Source of the DNA: Promethearchaeota archaeon
Lineage (GTDB): Archaea; Asgardarchaeota; Lokiarchaeia; Sigyniarchaeales; SOKP01
Direction of reading: 5' to 3'
NCBI GenBank assembly: GCA_048940645.1
Contig: JBHLOI010000026.1
Coordinates: 1-48,470 of the forward strand
DNA length: 48,470 nt
Shown: piece after piece, positions 48,012-48,470 of the stretch
Position numbering within the stretch: the first letter of the stretch is position 1
Layout of the letters: each line of letters opens with the position of its first letter
Program-made: the position numbers and the translations under genes
The notes under the pieces: model-generated
Seen by the model: only the letters and a program-made list of their open reading frames with translations
What the model was told of the DNA's origin: nothing
Database searches by the model: none

Positions 48012-48289
48012 ATATTTTTGAAGTTTTAATAAGTTATTATATTAAGAATTACTATTATTTTTTATGTTTTATAATTGAACTAATTTTCTAAAATTTAGAT
48101 TACTCCTTTTAATTATAAAATATTTAGTTTTATAATGGTTTGTGATTGAAAGAATCCATTATTTTCAACCTAAAATCATCTACAATTTTTTGAAAAATTC
48201 ACTGTATCTGGAAAAACAGTAAAAAAATACTGTATGAAATGGGGAATTAAAATACCAATCCACGGTTTCTGGGTTAGAAAAAAAAATTA

Positions 48290-48422
48290 AGCCCCGGGCG
48301 GGAATTTCCATGAAAAAAGTAAGGTTTTTCACTTTTGAACCCGCGACCTTTGCCTTACCAAGGCAATGCTCGTAGCTAAAATTGCTAAATGCTATTTTAT
48401 CTACCAGCTAAGCCACCGAGGC
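48290..48422 (-). tRNA. tRNA-Thr(GGT) with two 30-nt introns (22/23 at 48371-48400; 59/60 at 48304-48333)
   Basis: Acceptor stem GCCTCGG/CCGGGGC plus U73; anticodon arm TTGCC-TTGGTAA-GGCAA; T stem GCGGG/CCCGC. Removing both inserts restores a standard cloverleaf. Confidence 0.9.
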
Positions 48423-48470
48423 GTGTAATAAATTATCTAATAAACTTACTAATAATTATTAAATTAAAAA

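Overview
AT-rich archaeal chromosomal window. The gene content points to Asgard archaea, most likely Lokiarchaeia: many roadblock/LC7 proteins, a longin-like domain, two small GTPases, a divergent actin, a gelsolin-domain protein, an archaeal TFB paralog and tRNAs with BHB introns. The left half is mostly housekeeping: gatB, gatA, asnS, pyruvoyl arginine decarboxylase, two tandem deoxyhypusine synthases, cofE-like/folP, gyrB-gyrA, a DEAD-box helicase and an orphan N6-methyltransferase. Two regions stand out. (1) A minus-strand cluster at about 24.5-34.1 kb encodes gelsolin, roadblock, a CDC48-N/proline-rich/vWA protein, AbrB-ACT, a coiled-coil protein, a divergent actin, a catalytically dead CHAT protein and a dead PLD-like protein. 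(2) A signalling island at about 36.4-47.7 kb contains an operon of small GTPase, roadblock, divergent TFB and PAS/pseudo-histidine-kinase/longin protein. It is transcribed divergently from three more roadblock genes and is flanked by two duplicated V4R/HNOB-like genes with tandem TATA promoters and by an RHH-DHp-REC/membrane-kinase pair. Other observations: evidence for ATA/ATT start codons, a 35-bp direct repeat duplicating a gene 3' end around a 1.3-kb insert, tRNA-Met(CAT) with a probable 38/39 intron, and tRNA-Thr(GGT) with two non-canonical introns. All family assignments are by-eye motif recognition; no database searches were run.
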